Below are positions 29,594 through 39,657 of a stretch of DNA of 64,000 bases, piece after piece; position 1 is the stretch's first letter, and each line of letters begins with the position of its first letter. The stretch is from an uncultured Poribacteria bacterium (GTDB lineage: Bacteria > Poribacteria > WGA-4E > WGA-3G), in contig CATQHZ020000001.1 in NCBI GenBank assembly GCA_958296135.2, positions 2,528,001 through 2,592,000 on the forward strand. The letters are read 5' to 3'. The position numbers and the translations under genes are program-made. Under the pieces are notes generated by a model. That model saw only the letters and a program-made list of their open reading frames with translations. It ran no database searches and had not been told where the DNA came from.

Positions 29594-31078
29594 TTATAGC
29601 ACACGCCGTTCACCAAAGGGGACTCTCGGTTCAGTACCCGCAAAGTAGTCTTGAATCTCATAGAGCTGCAGCCGCGGACATTCCATATCCCACATCGGAT
29701 GCTGCCACGTACCGGCACGACTCGCCTCCGCGCGCATCCCATCACTCGGTTTCTTCGTGACGACAAAGATGCCTAAATCCGCCTGCGCATTCGCCATCGC
29801 CGTGCGAAAATCACGGAGATGCCCAAGGCTATAACTGCCACCTTTTACCTGCGCCACCATTTTGCCATAGGCATTACGCCCCCTCACCTTACCAAGGGGA
29901 AAACGATAGGTGCCATCGATACCGCCATCGCCAACCTTTTTAGCATTAGAGGTAAACTTCAGCACGTGCGTAACGCACCACGCCTCAAATCCACCCGGGT
30001 CATCGCGCGCAAGTTGAAGCGCAGTTTCTAGGTTCTCCGGTGTTCCGATAATAGAAATACTGTCTCTCAATTGCGGAAAGAACTTTTCCATCTGCAATTT
30101 GACGGCACCTGTGGCGAGGTATGTCAAATCAATGCCAAGCCAACGCCGGTTGAGCTCCTCCGCCGCGAGAAGTGTCGTGCCACAGCCACAGAACGGATCT
30201 AACACCAAGTCGCCTTCATGGGTAGAGGCTTGGATGATGCGCTTATAGAGTGCTATCGGCTTCTGCGTCGGATAGCCCGCGCGTTCTCTCGTAGAGGTAT
30301 TCAATTGCAATCCATCTTCAGCCCACAAGGAACCGATAGCAGCACCGGGTTGTTCGTCCAGGTAGATGCGCCGCTGTTCGCCTGTCGTCTGATAATGGCG
30401 GCCCCAACTCAAACGATACTTCCTCCCATCGTCGTCTGTATATCGATACTTTTTCTCAATCTCTTTGTCTGAAATTGGCTCAAACAGCGGATTGAAGACA
30501 GCATCTTTGCTTTTGACATAAAACAGAATCGTATCGGTTTGCGTGGCGAATTTATGCTTCGCGTTATTCTTCCGCCCCGCATACTTCCGCCAGATAATCT
30601 CGTTGCGGTAGTTCGCAGGCCCGAACACAGCATCCATGAGGATTTTCAAGTAGTGACTTGCAGCCGAGTCACAGTGGAGATACATCGAACCTGTCGGTTT
30701 CAGGATGCGCCGCATCTCCACGAGCCGGATGCCCATCATTACTAGATACGCCATCATCGGAGACTGCTTCAAAAACAGCTGTAACCCCTCAACCGTCTCG
30801 CCTACCAGCCCGCCGACTTCTCGGATGAGTTCATCGCATGCCGCTTCGGCGGCATGCCCCCATTTCCATGTATCGGTAAACGCCTTGACAAGCGAATCCG
30901 GCTCGTGCCCTTGTTCATCGCGATAGGGAACGAAATAGTCACGCTTGGAATTGAACGGCGGATCCGTCGCGATGAGAGCCACGACGTTGTCCGGAAACTG
31001 CCGCATCGCGTCTAAGTTATCTCCACGAATGAGGGCGCGGTGCTGTAAAGTGGGAGTCTTTTCAAAGAGGTAGTACAT
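29594..31078 (-). CDS. N6/N4 DNA methyltransferase (beta-class order) fused to a C-terminal Mrr-like endonuclease domain
   Basis: DPPFN catalytic motif, YPTQKP and the SAM motif DPFCGCGT, followed by GDGGIDG...QVK. Confidence 0.88.
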   Translation of the reverse strand: MYYLFEKTPTLQHRALIRGDNLDAMRQFPDNVVALIATDPPFNSKRDYFVPYRDEQGHEPDSLVKAFTDTWKWGHAAEAACDELIREVGGLVGETVEGLQLFLKQSPMMAYLVMMGIRLVEMRRILKPTGSMYLHCDSAASHYLKILMDAVFGPANYRNEIIWRKYAGRKNNAKHKFATQTDTILFYVKSKDAVFNPLFEPISDKEIEKKYRYTDDDGRKYRLSWGRHYQTTGEQRRIYLDEQPGAAIGSLWAEDGLQLNTSTRERAGYPTQKPIALYKRIIQASTHEGDLVLDPFCGCGTTLLAAEELNRRWLGIDLTYLATGAVKLQMEKFFPQLRDSISIIGTPENLETALQLARDDPGGFEAWCVTHVLKFTSNAKKVGDGGIDGTYRFPLGKVRGRNAYGKMVAQVKGGSYSLGHLRDFRTAMANAQADLGIFVVTKKPSDGMRAEASRAGTWQHPMWDMECPRLQLYEIQDYFAGTEPRVPFGERRVL

Positions 31079-31123
31079 CAGTTCACCCTATTGCCAAGGC
31101 AGAGAGACATCCGCTCTGACAGT

Positions 31124-32164
31124 TCATCTGAAATCTGACTCCTCTGAAGGAAGTCGTTCGTCAACAAAAATTTCACCATTCGCGCCGATTTTAACGGAAG
31201 CCGTTCCTGTCATCACCGTTTCACGATAGCGCGTCCAAACCGCCTCGGCAGCGGCAGCATCGGGGAAACGGACGATAAACACAACCCGCGCATCCATCCA
31301 ATTGGTGGCATCGTCATCCCGATAACTTGCGGAGACACCGAGCGGGAACGCTGTCAGCTGCGGCACATTGAGAGGTAACCCGCTATAGATTTGGCCCAAC
31401 ACCCAATTCGAGCGAAACAACTTATCACTCCCGCCGATTTTGTTATAGCTCGGCAGCAGCGCGAGCAGCGGCACTTTTATCGGTGGCTCTTGAATCTGCG
31501 CCGCGACCGCCTTCGCCAGTGCAACCGCACCTTCGCGAATGCCGGTCGCGAATTCGTAACTCTCAATCTCAACGAAATACTGCCCCTTCGCAAAACGGAG
31601 ATAGCCCCCCGAAAGGAGCGCCTTGCTGCCCACCCATACCGTATCCGCTTGCGGATAGGTATTGAAACTATAGATGCCAAACGCATTTTCCGCGGTGCCC
31701 ATATCAAAAATTTCAAGCAAAATGAGCGGCTTTGAACCGAATTTACGACTCTGGTATTCCACTTCCGCCTGTCGCTGGAAGCCGTAGGCGTGGTAAAGGG
31801 CCGGGGCGACAACTCTATCCCGATAGAGGGTTTCACCGTGATATGTCGATGGCGAACGCGACTGCACCCATTCCGCTTGAGAAACGTTGCGTCCAGCAAC
31901 AACTTGGACAGGTAAGAGCGCCTCCGGGGCTAACATCGTGAGAAGCGGCAACGCCGATACTTGTTCGCCTTGGTCGTGGAGATTAAATTTGACACCTACG
32001 AGCCCCATATCCGCTATCTTCACCGTGGGAGCTCGCCACACGCCGTAGATATACTCGCCGTTTTGGTGGACTGCTGTCCAATTTCCCCGCTCCTCCTCAC
32101 AAGAAACGACAAGAAGCAGTGAGATAGAGAAGAGTGTCAATACGAATTTGCCATACGTTTCCAT
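31124..32164 (-). CDS. Putative lipoprotein (DUF6599-like)
   Basis: Lipobox-like LVVSC; EIFDMGTAENAFGIYS and F.KGQYFVEI motifs. Confidence 0.65.
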   Translation of the reverse strand: METYGKFVLTLFSISLLLVVSCEEERGNWTAVHQNGEYIYGVWRAPTVKIADMGLVGVKFNLHDQGEQVSALPLLTMLAPEALLPVQVVAGRNVSQAEWVQSRSPSTYHGETLYRDRVVAPALYHAYGFQRQAEVEYQSRKFGSKPLILLEIFDMGTAENAFGIYSFNTYPQADTVWVGSKALLSGGYLRFAKGQYFVEIESYEFATGIREGAVALAKAVAAQIQEPPIKVPLLALLPSYNKIGGSDKLFRSNWVLGQIYSGLPLNVPQLTAFPLGVSASYRDDDATNWMDARVVFIVRFPDAAAAEAVWTRYRETVMTGTASVKIGANGEIFVDERLPSEESDFR

Positions 32165-32224
32165 TGTTCCGCCCTCGGTTTACAAGGCGCGAGGCCAAAG
32201 CGCGCCTGCCAGAAACTCTGTCCC

Positions 32225-32731
32225 TTACCACTGCTCCGCAAACTGATTGTAAAGATCTTCAATCAGTTCATCGATGAGTAACCCTTTCGCCTGCGGCAAA
32301 GTTTCAGGAGGCTCGCCTCGGTTAGGCACAATGTAGAAATCGTGAATCTGCACGTGGTTGTTGCTCTCGGCAATGATGTTGTTGCGCACCCGGTCCAGAA
32401 ACTCGTACTCCACCTGAAGGGTTATCCGCAGCAATTCAACTTGGCCGTTCGGACCGAACCCGTGCTCCTTGATATGGTAGTCCTGAACCCGCAGCGTGAA
32501 TTGGGAATCGTTCCCATCCTGCCACTTCCGATTGAAGCGTTGGATCAGTTTCTCGTGGATAACCTCATCGTAAGGCCGCTGCGAAGCCTCATCGTAAGCG
32601 AAATCAGCATCCTGAACCTCGACAGGCGAAACCCGTATCGTCTTGATATGCTCCAGATACTCTGATTTGGAGACATACCCGCAGCCAGCAATGAAGAGGA
32701 GTGCCACTATCGTCATCAATTTGACTCGCAT
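32225..32731 (-). CDS. LptE-like lipoprotein (LPS assembly)
   Basis: Lipobox IAGC-GY, ~168 aa, C-terminal ...EQW; GGAGG RBS. Confidence 0.6.
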   Translation of the reverse strand: MRVKLMTIVALLFIAGCGYVSKSEYLEHIKTIRVSPVEVQDADFAYDEASQRPYDEVIHEKLIQRFNRKWQDGNDSQFTLRVQDYHIKEHGFGPNGQVELLRITLQVEYEFLDRVRNNIIAESNNHVQIHDFYIVPNRGEPPETLPQAKGLLIDELIEDLYNQFAEQW

Positions 32732-32971
32732 GTTATCCCTCCGTAATTGACGCAAATTCCTATCAGCTGTTCATCTGGCATTCGGGATTGCCGGAGCCCG
32801 AATATAACGAACTCCGATGAAGAATGAGAATGAAATCGGATTATGCCGCAAACGTCCCGCTGTCCCGTAGGGAGAAAGCCGTTACGCCTTAAGTCTGTCA
32901 TCTGTGCCGGGTTTCCAGCGAAGATACCCACTGTCCCTCGCCACAAAGCACGCGGGGGACAGACCTCCGCA

Positions 32972-33247
32972 CTACGGGCCAAGGGCGTTTAGGAACGCGG
33001 GGAGCAGGAAATTCACGGGCGCGGCCTTAGGGCGCGGTGCCTCCCGTTCCCGAGTCCCATAAAACACGGAACGAGCCGTATCCACAACCCACTTTTTGTA
33101 CTCGGGGGACGATAACACGACAAAAACGACAATCAGTAGGATAAGCATGACAGCTAAAAAATAGGTCGTCCACTTCTGATCGAGGAAATCGCCCTTTGCC
33201 TTCTGAATTCGCCGCTTGCTTGCAGGCGAGAGTTTCCGATGTTTCAT
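32972..33247 (-). CDS. Small single-TM hypothetical protein
   Basis: 91 aa with a basic N-terminus followed by one hydrophobic helix. Confidence 0.6.
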   Translation of the reverse strand: MKHRKLSPASKRRIQKAKGDFLDQKWTTYFLAVMLILLIVVFVVLSSPEYKKWVVDTARSVFYGTREREAPRPKAAPVNFLLPAFLNALGP

Positions 33248-33463
33248 GGTGATGTCCGCCTGTGTCTTTACATCTGACGACTGCTACTCCAAAAGGAACG
33301 CCCAATGCAAGCCGAGCGGCACGTCCGCGCCGCGCAGCTGCCGGTCGCTTAACTCACCAGTTGCAGATATAGGCGTTAACACCATTGCTGAAGCCGCCCT
33401 TTCACCAATGGCAACTGTTCACGGAGGCGGGACTGTTACGGATAACCACTCGGGGTTCTATTC

Positions 33464-33675
33464 TTAGGCCAACTTCACTCCTTCCAAAACGAAATCACCC
33501 GTGTTCGTGAGCGCGATTGACAAAGCCCTAGGGGTTTCCTTCACCAGCGTGATAGTTCCTGTGCTATTTCTCGCGAAAGCGGTTAAATTCGTCAGTAGAA
33601 AAAATAAAATCGGGAAGATAAATTTTAAACATAAAGGAGGTATTCTGTCTGCCGAAGATAAACACGATTCAACAT
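33464..33675 (-). pseudogene. Possible frameshifted or truncated remnant of a secreted-protein gene
   Basis: AAGGAGG RBS plus ATG gives a 16-codon ORF; an adjacent frame reads as a signal peptide (CLKFIFPILFFLLTNLTAFA) and ~35 further codons. Confidence 0.35.
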
Positions 33676-33712
33676 TCAGAATACCTCCTTAAAAATTCGA
33701 TTTGACGGGAAA

Positions 33713-33743
33713 GAGGCAGGGGAAGTAAGTAACCCCCGCCTCT
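33713..33743 (-). terminator. Hairpin after pnp, probable terminator
   Basis: Stem gaggc(a)ggggg...cccccgcctc with a short T-run on the minus strand. Confidence 0.5.
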
Positions 33744-33760
33744 CATGTCAAAACATCCAT

Positions 33761-36049
33761 CTACCGGGTGCGTCCTCTCGGAATACGAGGCACACGCCGA
33801 TTGCGGGAGTCGCGTCCGTTATCGCGCTGATCATAGCGGTTACCGCCGCGCCTATCATTGCGCCGGTCTCCGCCGCGGCTGTCGCGATAACTCGGGCGGC
33901 CTTCCCGCGGGCCGTTCATATCCCCGCCGCGCTCTGAGTCTGATTCCACGCTGAGTTCTTCAACGGGGATACCCCGAGCAGCGACTAAGGTCAGATCGAC
34001 CCGGTCCTGCTCATCAATGGTGAGTATGCGGACGGTGACTTCGTCGCCTACCTCCATCACATCTTCCGCGCGGCGAACATACCCATCGCCCATCTGCGAG
34101 ATGTGGACGAGGCCGTCTTTGCCGGGTAGGATTTCAACGAATGCGCCAAACGGTGCAGTGCGCACCACTTTGCCGGTGTATTCCTTGCCGATTTCGGGCA
34201 TCGCCGTGATAGCACGAACCTTCTCTTCAGCGCGTTTGACATCTTCCGCGCTCATCGCCGCGATCTCCACCGTGCCATCGTCCTCAATGTTGATGGTAGT
34301 GTTCGTCTCCTCCTGAAGGCCTTGGACCGTCTTGCCGCGGGGGCCGATGAGGTCCCTAATCTTCTGCTGCGCAATCTGGAGAGTGTAAATGCGAGGCGCG
34401 TAAGGCGACAACTCTTCGCGCGGTTCTGCAATAACGGCGTTCATCTGCTCGATAACCGCGAGGCGCGCGTCCCGCGCCTGATGAATCGCACGGCGCATCA
34501 ACTCCGGCGTGACACCCTCAATCTTGATGTCCATCTGGACAGCCGTGATACCCTCACTCGTTCCAGCGACTTTGAAATCCATGTCGCCGAGGAAATCCTC
34601 CGTCCCAAGCATATCGGTGAGGATAACCTCCTGCTCGCCCTCTTTAATCAGCCCAACACCGATACCCGCAACCGGTCGCTTAATCGGCACGCCTGCATCC
34701 ATGAGCGCAAGCGTCGCGCCGCAGACAGTCGCCATCGAGGAGGACGCGTTCGATTCCAATATCTCCGAAACGACGCGGATGGTGTAAGAGAAATCCTCCT
34801 TCTCAGGAATAACGGGCTCTAACGCCTTCTCTGCAAGCGCGCCGTGTCCAATCTCCCTGCGGCCGGGGCCCATCATCCGCTTCACTTCGCCCGTGCTGAA
34901 CGGCGGGAAGTTGTAGTGGAGGAAGAAGGAACGTCTCGACTCCCCATCAAGCCCACGTTGCACATCTTCATCCCCGGAGGTACCGAGGGTTGTAACACAG
35001 AGTGCCTGCGTCTGGCCGCGGGTGAAAAGAGCCGAACCGTGCGTGTGCGGCAGCAAGGCAACTTCACCAGAAATAGCACGGATATCTGTCACGCCGCGCC
35101 CATCAACACGCGTTCCTTGCGTGAGGATTGCGTTGCGCATCTCCTCTTTCTCAATGTCGCTGAGGAGAGCAGTGGCATCCTTCGTCACCGTGGCAGCTAT
35201 CTCCTCCGATGCTCCCTCAAGGATTTCGGAAAGGACATCTTCCCGCACCTGTTCAAGGTATGCCTCCCGCTCCTTCTTATCCGCCATCCCGATGGATTCC
35301 CGGACGCGTGAGGTAGCGAGGTGCCGAACGCGAGTGCTGAGGCTTTCATCCACACCCTTGGGCTTGTAATCGCGCTTCTCGCTGCTGATAACAGCCGCCA
35401 AGCCCTCCTGAAGTCGGATGACCTCCTTGATTTGCTGATGCGCGGCGATAATCGTGTCAATGACTTCGTCTTCCGGGACCTCGTGCCCGCCACCCTCAAC
35501 GGACATCACAGCGTCCGATTTGCCACTCACAAAAAGCTCCACATCGGATCCGTGCAGCTCTTCATAAGTGGGGTTAATTATCAACTCTCCATCAACTCTT
35601 CCGACAGTTACGGCGGCAACGGGGCCGTTAAACGGGATGTCGGAGATGGCCAATGCAGCGGAGGTACCGATGAGGGCTGGCACATCCGCGGGATGGACAC
35701 CATCCGATGAGAACACGTTGCACAATACCTGCACCTCCGCTTTAAAATCCTTCGGGAATAGCGGCCGGATGCAGTGGTCGATCAGGCGTGCGACGAGTTG
35801 TTCAGACGATCCGGGGCGTGGTTCGCGGCGGCCATAGACTGTCGGGATTTTGCCGCCCGCGTAGGCTCTCTCTCGGTAATCTACTGTGAGGGGGAAGAAA
35901 CCCAGGTCATTTTCGCTTTCATCGGCGACTACCGTGACCAGGACAACCGTTCCACCGTATTGCACCCAAACGGCACCGTCCGCTTGTTTCGCAACTTTTC
36001 CGGTTTCAATAGATAACTTCTCGCTCCCAAGTTGCATTTCTACTTTCAT
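33761..36049 (-). CDS. pnp: Polyribonucleotide nucleotidyltransferase
   Basis: FFPLTVDY, HGSALFTRGQTQ, RREIGHG and GDMDFKVAG motifs; KH and S1 domains; RG/RD-rich tail. Confidence 0.98.
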   Translation of the reverse strand: MKVEMQLGSEKLSIETGKVAKQADGAVWVQYGGTVVLVTVVADESENDLGFFPLTVDYRERAYAGGKIPTVYGRREPRPGSSEQLVARLIDHCIRPLFPKDFKAEVQVLCNVFSSDGVHPADVPALIGTSAALAISDIPFNGPVAAVTVGRVDGELIINPTYEELHGSDVELFVSGKSDAVMSVEGGGHEVPEDEVIDTIIAAHQQIKEVIRLQEGLAAVISSEKRDYKPKGVDESLSTRVRHLATSRVRESIGMADKKEREAYLEQVREDVLSEILEGASEEIAATVTKDATALLSDIEKEEMRNAILTQGTRVDGRGVTDIRAISGEVALLPHTHGSALFTRGQTQALCVTTLGTSGDEDVQRGLDGESRRSFFLHYNFPPFSTGEVKRMMGPGRREIGHGALAEKALEPVIPEKEDFSYTIRVVSEILESNASSSMATVCGATLALMDAGVPIKRPVAGIGVGLIKEGEQEVILTDMLGTEDFLGDMDFKVAGTSEGITAVQMDIKIEGVTPELMRRAIHQARDARLAVIEQMNAVIAEPREELSPYAPRIYTLQIAQQKIRDLIGPRGKTVQGLQEETNTTINIEDDGTVEIAAMSAEDVKRAEEKVRAITAMPEIGKEYTGKVVRTAPFGAFVEILPGKDGLVHISQMGDGYVRRAEDVMEVGDEVTVRILTIDEQDRVDLTLVAARGIPVEELSVESDSERGGDMNGPREGRPSYRDSRGGDRRNDRRGGNRYDQRDNGRDSRNRRVPRIPRGRTR

Positions 36050-36199
36050 TCGTGCTCTTACTCCTATTCTTCTTAATCTAAATTCGCGAAATTCTCTACG
36101 TTCGTGTTGCGCGCTGCTATTTTCTGCGCGTCGTGTCTGCGCGCTGTGAGCGCGCGCATCGCTTCTTCGCGGCCCGCATCGGGGGCCGAAAACGCCATC

Positions 36200-36490
36200 C
36201 TAACTCCCACTGGCTCCGATTGTGTCCCGAAGGCCGAGCTCGTTGATTAAACGGTAATAGCGCGTAATATCCTTCTTGTAAAGATACCGTAGCAGCCGAC
36301 GCTGCTTACCAACTAAGCGGAAAAGCCCGTAGCGGGAGTGATAGTCCTTCCTGTGCGTCCGAAGATGTTCAGTGAGCTGTTTAATGCGCGCATTTAAAAC
36401 GGCCACCTGCGCTTCCGGGGAACCGGTATCCCGTTCGTGCATCTGGTGCTGTTGGATGATTTCCTGCTTCCGTTCTGCATCAATCGCCAA
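36200..36490 (-). CDS. rpsO: 30S ribosomal protein S15
   Basis: [10 protein letters not shown] and [11 protein letters not shown] motifs; AGGAGG RBS, TTG start. Confidence 0.97.
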   Translation of the reverse strand: MAIDAERKQEIIQQHQMHERDTGSPEAQVAVLNARIKQLTEHLRTHRKDYHSRYGLFRLVGKQRRLLRYLYKKDITRYYRLINELGLRDTIGASGS

Positions 36491-36541
36491 TCGCCTTTAC
36501 CTCCTTTTGGTTAAATAGTGCGTATCCGTTCGTCATTATAT

Positions 36542-36570
36542 ATTATACCACAGATCGACATAGAATTCAA
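36542..36570 (-). promoter_or_regulatory. sigma70 promoter for rpsO-pnp
   Basis: TTGAAT-17 bp-TATAAT with an extended -10 TG. Confidence 0.65.
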
Positions 36571-36739
36571 ATTAAAATGATTTTGCGTCATCTCGTTTGC
36601 GAACGCCTCTTTGCAAACGGGCCATTGCAAACAGGCAAGATCGGCGAGCCGGTTCCCCTACGGAGAGGGGCCCCGTTGTTGATTTTCATCGCTGACATCA
36701 ACAACGGAAAACTGAATACCTCTGGGACAGGCCCCCGCG

Positions 36740-37714
36740 CTATGGGCCACGGACGAATTCTGTCTCGGCGAGAATCTGGGTTGCGGCAGCAATATCGCGC
36801 TGAATCTGCTGCACCAACGATACCGGGCTCGGGAACTTCCGCTCACTCCTGATTTTGTCAACGAAAAATATCTCCACCGATTTGCCGTAGATAGTCTCAT
36901 CAAAATCGAAGAAATGCGCCTCTATCTGAAGCGTCTGGCCATCAAACGTCGGCCGGATGCCGATGTTCAAAACACCCTCCAGGGTTTGCGCCTCGCCTGC
37001 AAGGGAGCGGCCGCATTCTGGCATTAACCGCGCGCGGATTGCATAAACGCCGTTCGGCGGGCAGATCTGGTTATGCGTCTCTATATTCGCCGTCGGGAAA
37101 CCGAGGTGCCGGCCTCGCCCATCGCCGTGAACCACATCGCCAACAATTGAATAGGTTCTGCCAAGCAATCGGGCACCCCAACCGAGGTCTCCCCGCGCGA
37201 TGGCCTCACGAATGCGGGTGCTATGCACAGGCGAACCGTTCATCTGTGTCGGTGGCACAACTGATACCTCAAACGGACGGCACCGGCTGAGTGCCTCCAA
37301 GTGATGCGCGTTTCCTTCCCGTCCCTTTCCAAATTGGCACGCGTATCCTACCACGATATGCTTGGCGCGGCATTTCTCTAATAGCACGCGCTCCACAAAG
37401 GTATCCGGGGACATGGACGCAATCTGTGCATCAAAGCGAAGAATAACGGTTTTGTCGATGCCGAGTTGCTCAAGGATTTCAATGCGTTTGGACAGCGGCA
37501 TTAAGACAGGCGGACACCGCTCCGGTGCAAGAAACGCCAGCGGGTGCGGATAGAATCCCACCAGAATGCTTATCAGATTGGCCTGTGCAGCCCGTTCAAG
37601 AAGCATCTCAATAACGGCTTGGTGCCCAATATGTATGCCATCAAACACGCCAAAGGTTACCGCCGCGGTGCTATCCAACGCGGGTATGTCGTCCAAGTTA
37701 TAGAAAGTTTCCAC
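36740..37714 (-). CDS. ribF: Bifunctional riboflavin kinase/FAD synthetase
   Basis: GVFDGIHIGHQ, HSTRIR, GFPTAN and NIGIRPTF motifs. Confidence 0.96.
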   Translation of the reverse strand: METFYNLDDIPALDSTAAVTFGVFDGIHIGHQAVIEMLLERAAQANLISILVGFYPHPLAFLAPERCPPVLMPLSKRIEILEQLGIDKTVILRFDAQIASMSPDTFVERVLLEKCRAKHIVVGYACQFGKGREGNAHHLEALSRCRPFEVSVVPPTQMNGSPVHSTRIREAIARGDLGWGARLLGRTYSIVGDVVHGDGRGRHLGFPTANIETHNQICPPNGVYAIRARLMPECGRSLAGEAQTLEGVLNIGIRPTFDGQTLQIEAHFFDFDETIYGKSVEIFFVDKIRSERKFPSPVSLVQQIQRDIAAATQILAETEFVRGP

Positions 37715-37873
37715 GTTTCTCCCCTTCGGGTTTTCGTATTTCGCAATGCGTTCAGCGACGGTCTCTTGTCCTAATTGCGTTTACTTCCCAGGCCGACTTG
37801 ACGTTGTCAAGTCTTGCATGTCTGGGGAGCGGGGGTTTCTCCTTGAAAGCGTGTTTGGCACTGCACCCGCAGC

Positions 37874-38893
37874 CTAGGCCTGATTGCGAGAGATGTATCG
37901 TTCTGCTTTTGAAACGAGCGCGGCAAGGGCGGCAAGGTAGGGCAGCTCCAGCCGGCAGCCGGACGCGCGTTCGTGGCCGCCGCCGTTGAATTCCGCAGCA
38001 AGCGCGCCGACATCAACGCGCCCCTTACTCCGGAGACTCACCCTCGCGTTACCATCGGCGAGCTCGGTAACACAGAGAGCCACCTCAACGCCTGCAATCG
38101 ATTGAAGCTGGTTGACAACGCCTTCCACCGCATTTTCCGCTGTCCCCGTTTTATCAAACATCTCCTGCGTCACGTAAACCGATGCAATTTTGCCGTTATC
38201 GGTGACGTTCAAAGTGCCGAGGACTTCGCTCAACAGCCGAATCTTGCAGACCGGCACCTGTTCATAAACGTTACGGTAAACCTCATCGGGAGGGAACTCG
38301 CCTATCTCAATCAACTCCGCAGCGACACGATGCGTTTCCGGCGTGGCATTGCTATGGCGAAAACAGCCGGTGTCAAACATAATACCGGTATAGAGACAGA
38401 GCGCGCACGATTTGCAGAGCCACACCTCCGTGGCAGACCGCTCCCGACGCGCATACGCCTTGATCAGCCGGTAAACCATCTCAGAAGTGGAGGAAGCAGC
38501 GGCATCAATTAGGTTGATATCCCCAAACGCCTCCGCGGTAGCGTGATGGTCGATGTTCACGAGCATCTGTAGCGGCAGCAACTTTTTGCACAACTTCGTG
38601 CCTATACGTTCTCGGGTACTCGCATCCAATACCACCAAAACCTCCGGACGATACTTTCCTACAGCATCTACGCCTTCAATTCTATCCCAACGCGGCAGAA
38701 ACCGATAAGTGACAGGCACTTCATCGGTATTGAATATTTTCACCGATTTCCCCAGTTTCCTGAGAAAGAAATAGAGGCCGAGCTCCGCGCCGATAGCATC
38801 GCCATCCGGATGAAGATGCGTCGAGAGCGCGAACGTCTCATACTGCTCAAATAGCGTTAGAAGTGTACCACAATCGCGCATGAAAAAATCCAC
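37874..38893 (-). CDS. nrnA: DHH/DHHA1 phosphoesterase (NrnA-like)
   Basis: HLHPDGDAIG, IDHH, DTGCF and GGGHERASG motifs; lies after rbfA. Confidence 0.9.
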   Translation of the reverse strand: MDFFMRDCGTLLTLFEQYETFALSTHLHPDGDAIGAELGLYFFLRKLGKSVKIFNTDEVPVTYRFLPRWDRIEGVDAVGKYRPEVLVVLDASTRERIGTKLCKKLLPLQMLVNIDHHATAEAFGDINLIDAAASSTSEMVYRLIKAYARRERSATEVWLCKSCALCLYTGIMFDTGCFRHSNATPETHRVAAELIEIGEFPPDEVYRNVYEQVPVCKIRLLSEVLGTLNVTDNGKIASVYVTQEMFDKTGTAENAVEGVVNQLQSIAGVEVALCVTELADGNARVSLRSKGRVDVGALAAEFNGGGHERASGCRLELPYLAALAALVSKAERYISRNQA

Positions 38894-38924
38894 ATTTGCA
38901 GGTAGGCGCGCTTGGAACGCGCGC

Positions 38925-39293
38925 CTACGGAGACGTTAAAGAGTCATCGTCCGATTCTACCGAGCGGAGGAGTTCATCTATTCGCATCAGGTTATCTACA
39001 GATTCATCCAAAGTGAACCGCAACTCTGGAGAATAACGGAGCGTGAGTCGGCGGCCAATCTCGCGCCTCATGAACCCAGTCGCGCTTTTCAAGCCGGCGA
39101 GGGTGCTATCCTTCTGTGCCTCATCGCCGATGACGCTCACCTTGACATCTACATATTTCAGGTCCGGTGACACCTCGGCTTGGGTGACAGTGCAAAATTC
39201 AACGCGCGGGTCCTTGAGGGAACGCTGGATAATCTCGCTCAACTCCCTCTGGATAAGAGCCCCTACCCGGTCTTGCCTTCTATTGTTTGTCAT
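38925..39293 (-). CDS. rbfA: Ribosome-binding factor A
   Basis: LKDPRV, VSPDL and LRYSPELRF motifs. Confidence 0.95.
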   Translation of the reverse strand: MTNNRRQDRVGALIQRELSEIIQRSLKDPRVEFCTVTQAEVSPDLKYVDVKVSVIGDEAQKDSTLAGLKSATGFMRREIGRRLTLRYSPELRFTLDESVDNLMRIDELLRSVESDDDSLTSP

Positions 39294-39363
39294 GTCAGTT
39301 TCCTCATTGGACTGATGCTGGCGACTGCGGTAGCCGCGCCTTCCCTACATGCACCCGTCTAAA

Positions 39364-39648
39364 TCAAAAGAAAAAATCGGTTTCATAATCCACCAACTCA
39401 GCATCGGTATGTGTCTCAATAAAAGTTACCACGTGCGCGAGGAGCCCGTTCAGATGCGCTGCATCGTTGGAAACTGAGACGACAGCTAACACCGCCGATT
39501 GATGCGCATCCAAAGCATCTACTTCTGCAACAGCCACATTGAACCGATTTTTGAGCCGGGTGATGAGACTCTTGATAACCCTGCGCTTCGCCTTGAGCGA
39601 ACGGCTTTCGGGAATGCGAAGGTAGAACTTACAGACACCGATGTGCAT
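39364..39648 (-). CDS. DUF503 (YlxP-like) protein
   Basis: SLKAKRRVIKSL...RFNVAVAEV; conserved position between infB and rbfA. Confidence 0.9.
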   Translation of the reverse strand: MHIGVCKFYLRIPESRSLKAKRRVIKSLITRLKNRFNVAVAEVDALDAHQSAVLAVVSVSNDAAHLNGLLAHVVTFIETHTDAELVDYETDFFF

Positions 39649-39657
39649 GAGCGCGCC

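Noticed and set aside
32760-32970. Riboswitch upstream of the LptE-like gene
   Set aside because: Several hairpins and a REP are present, but no recognisable aptamer consensus.
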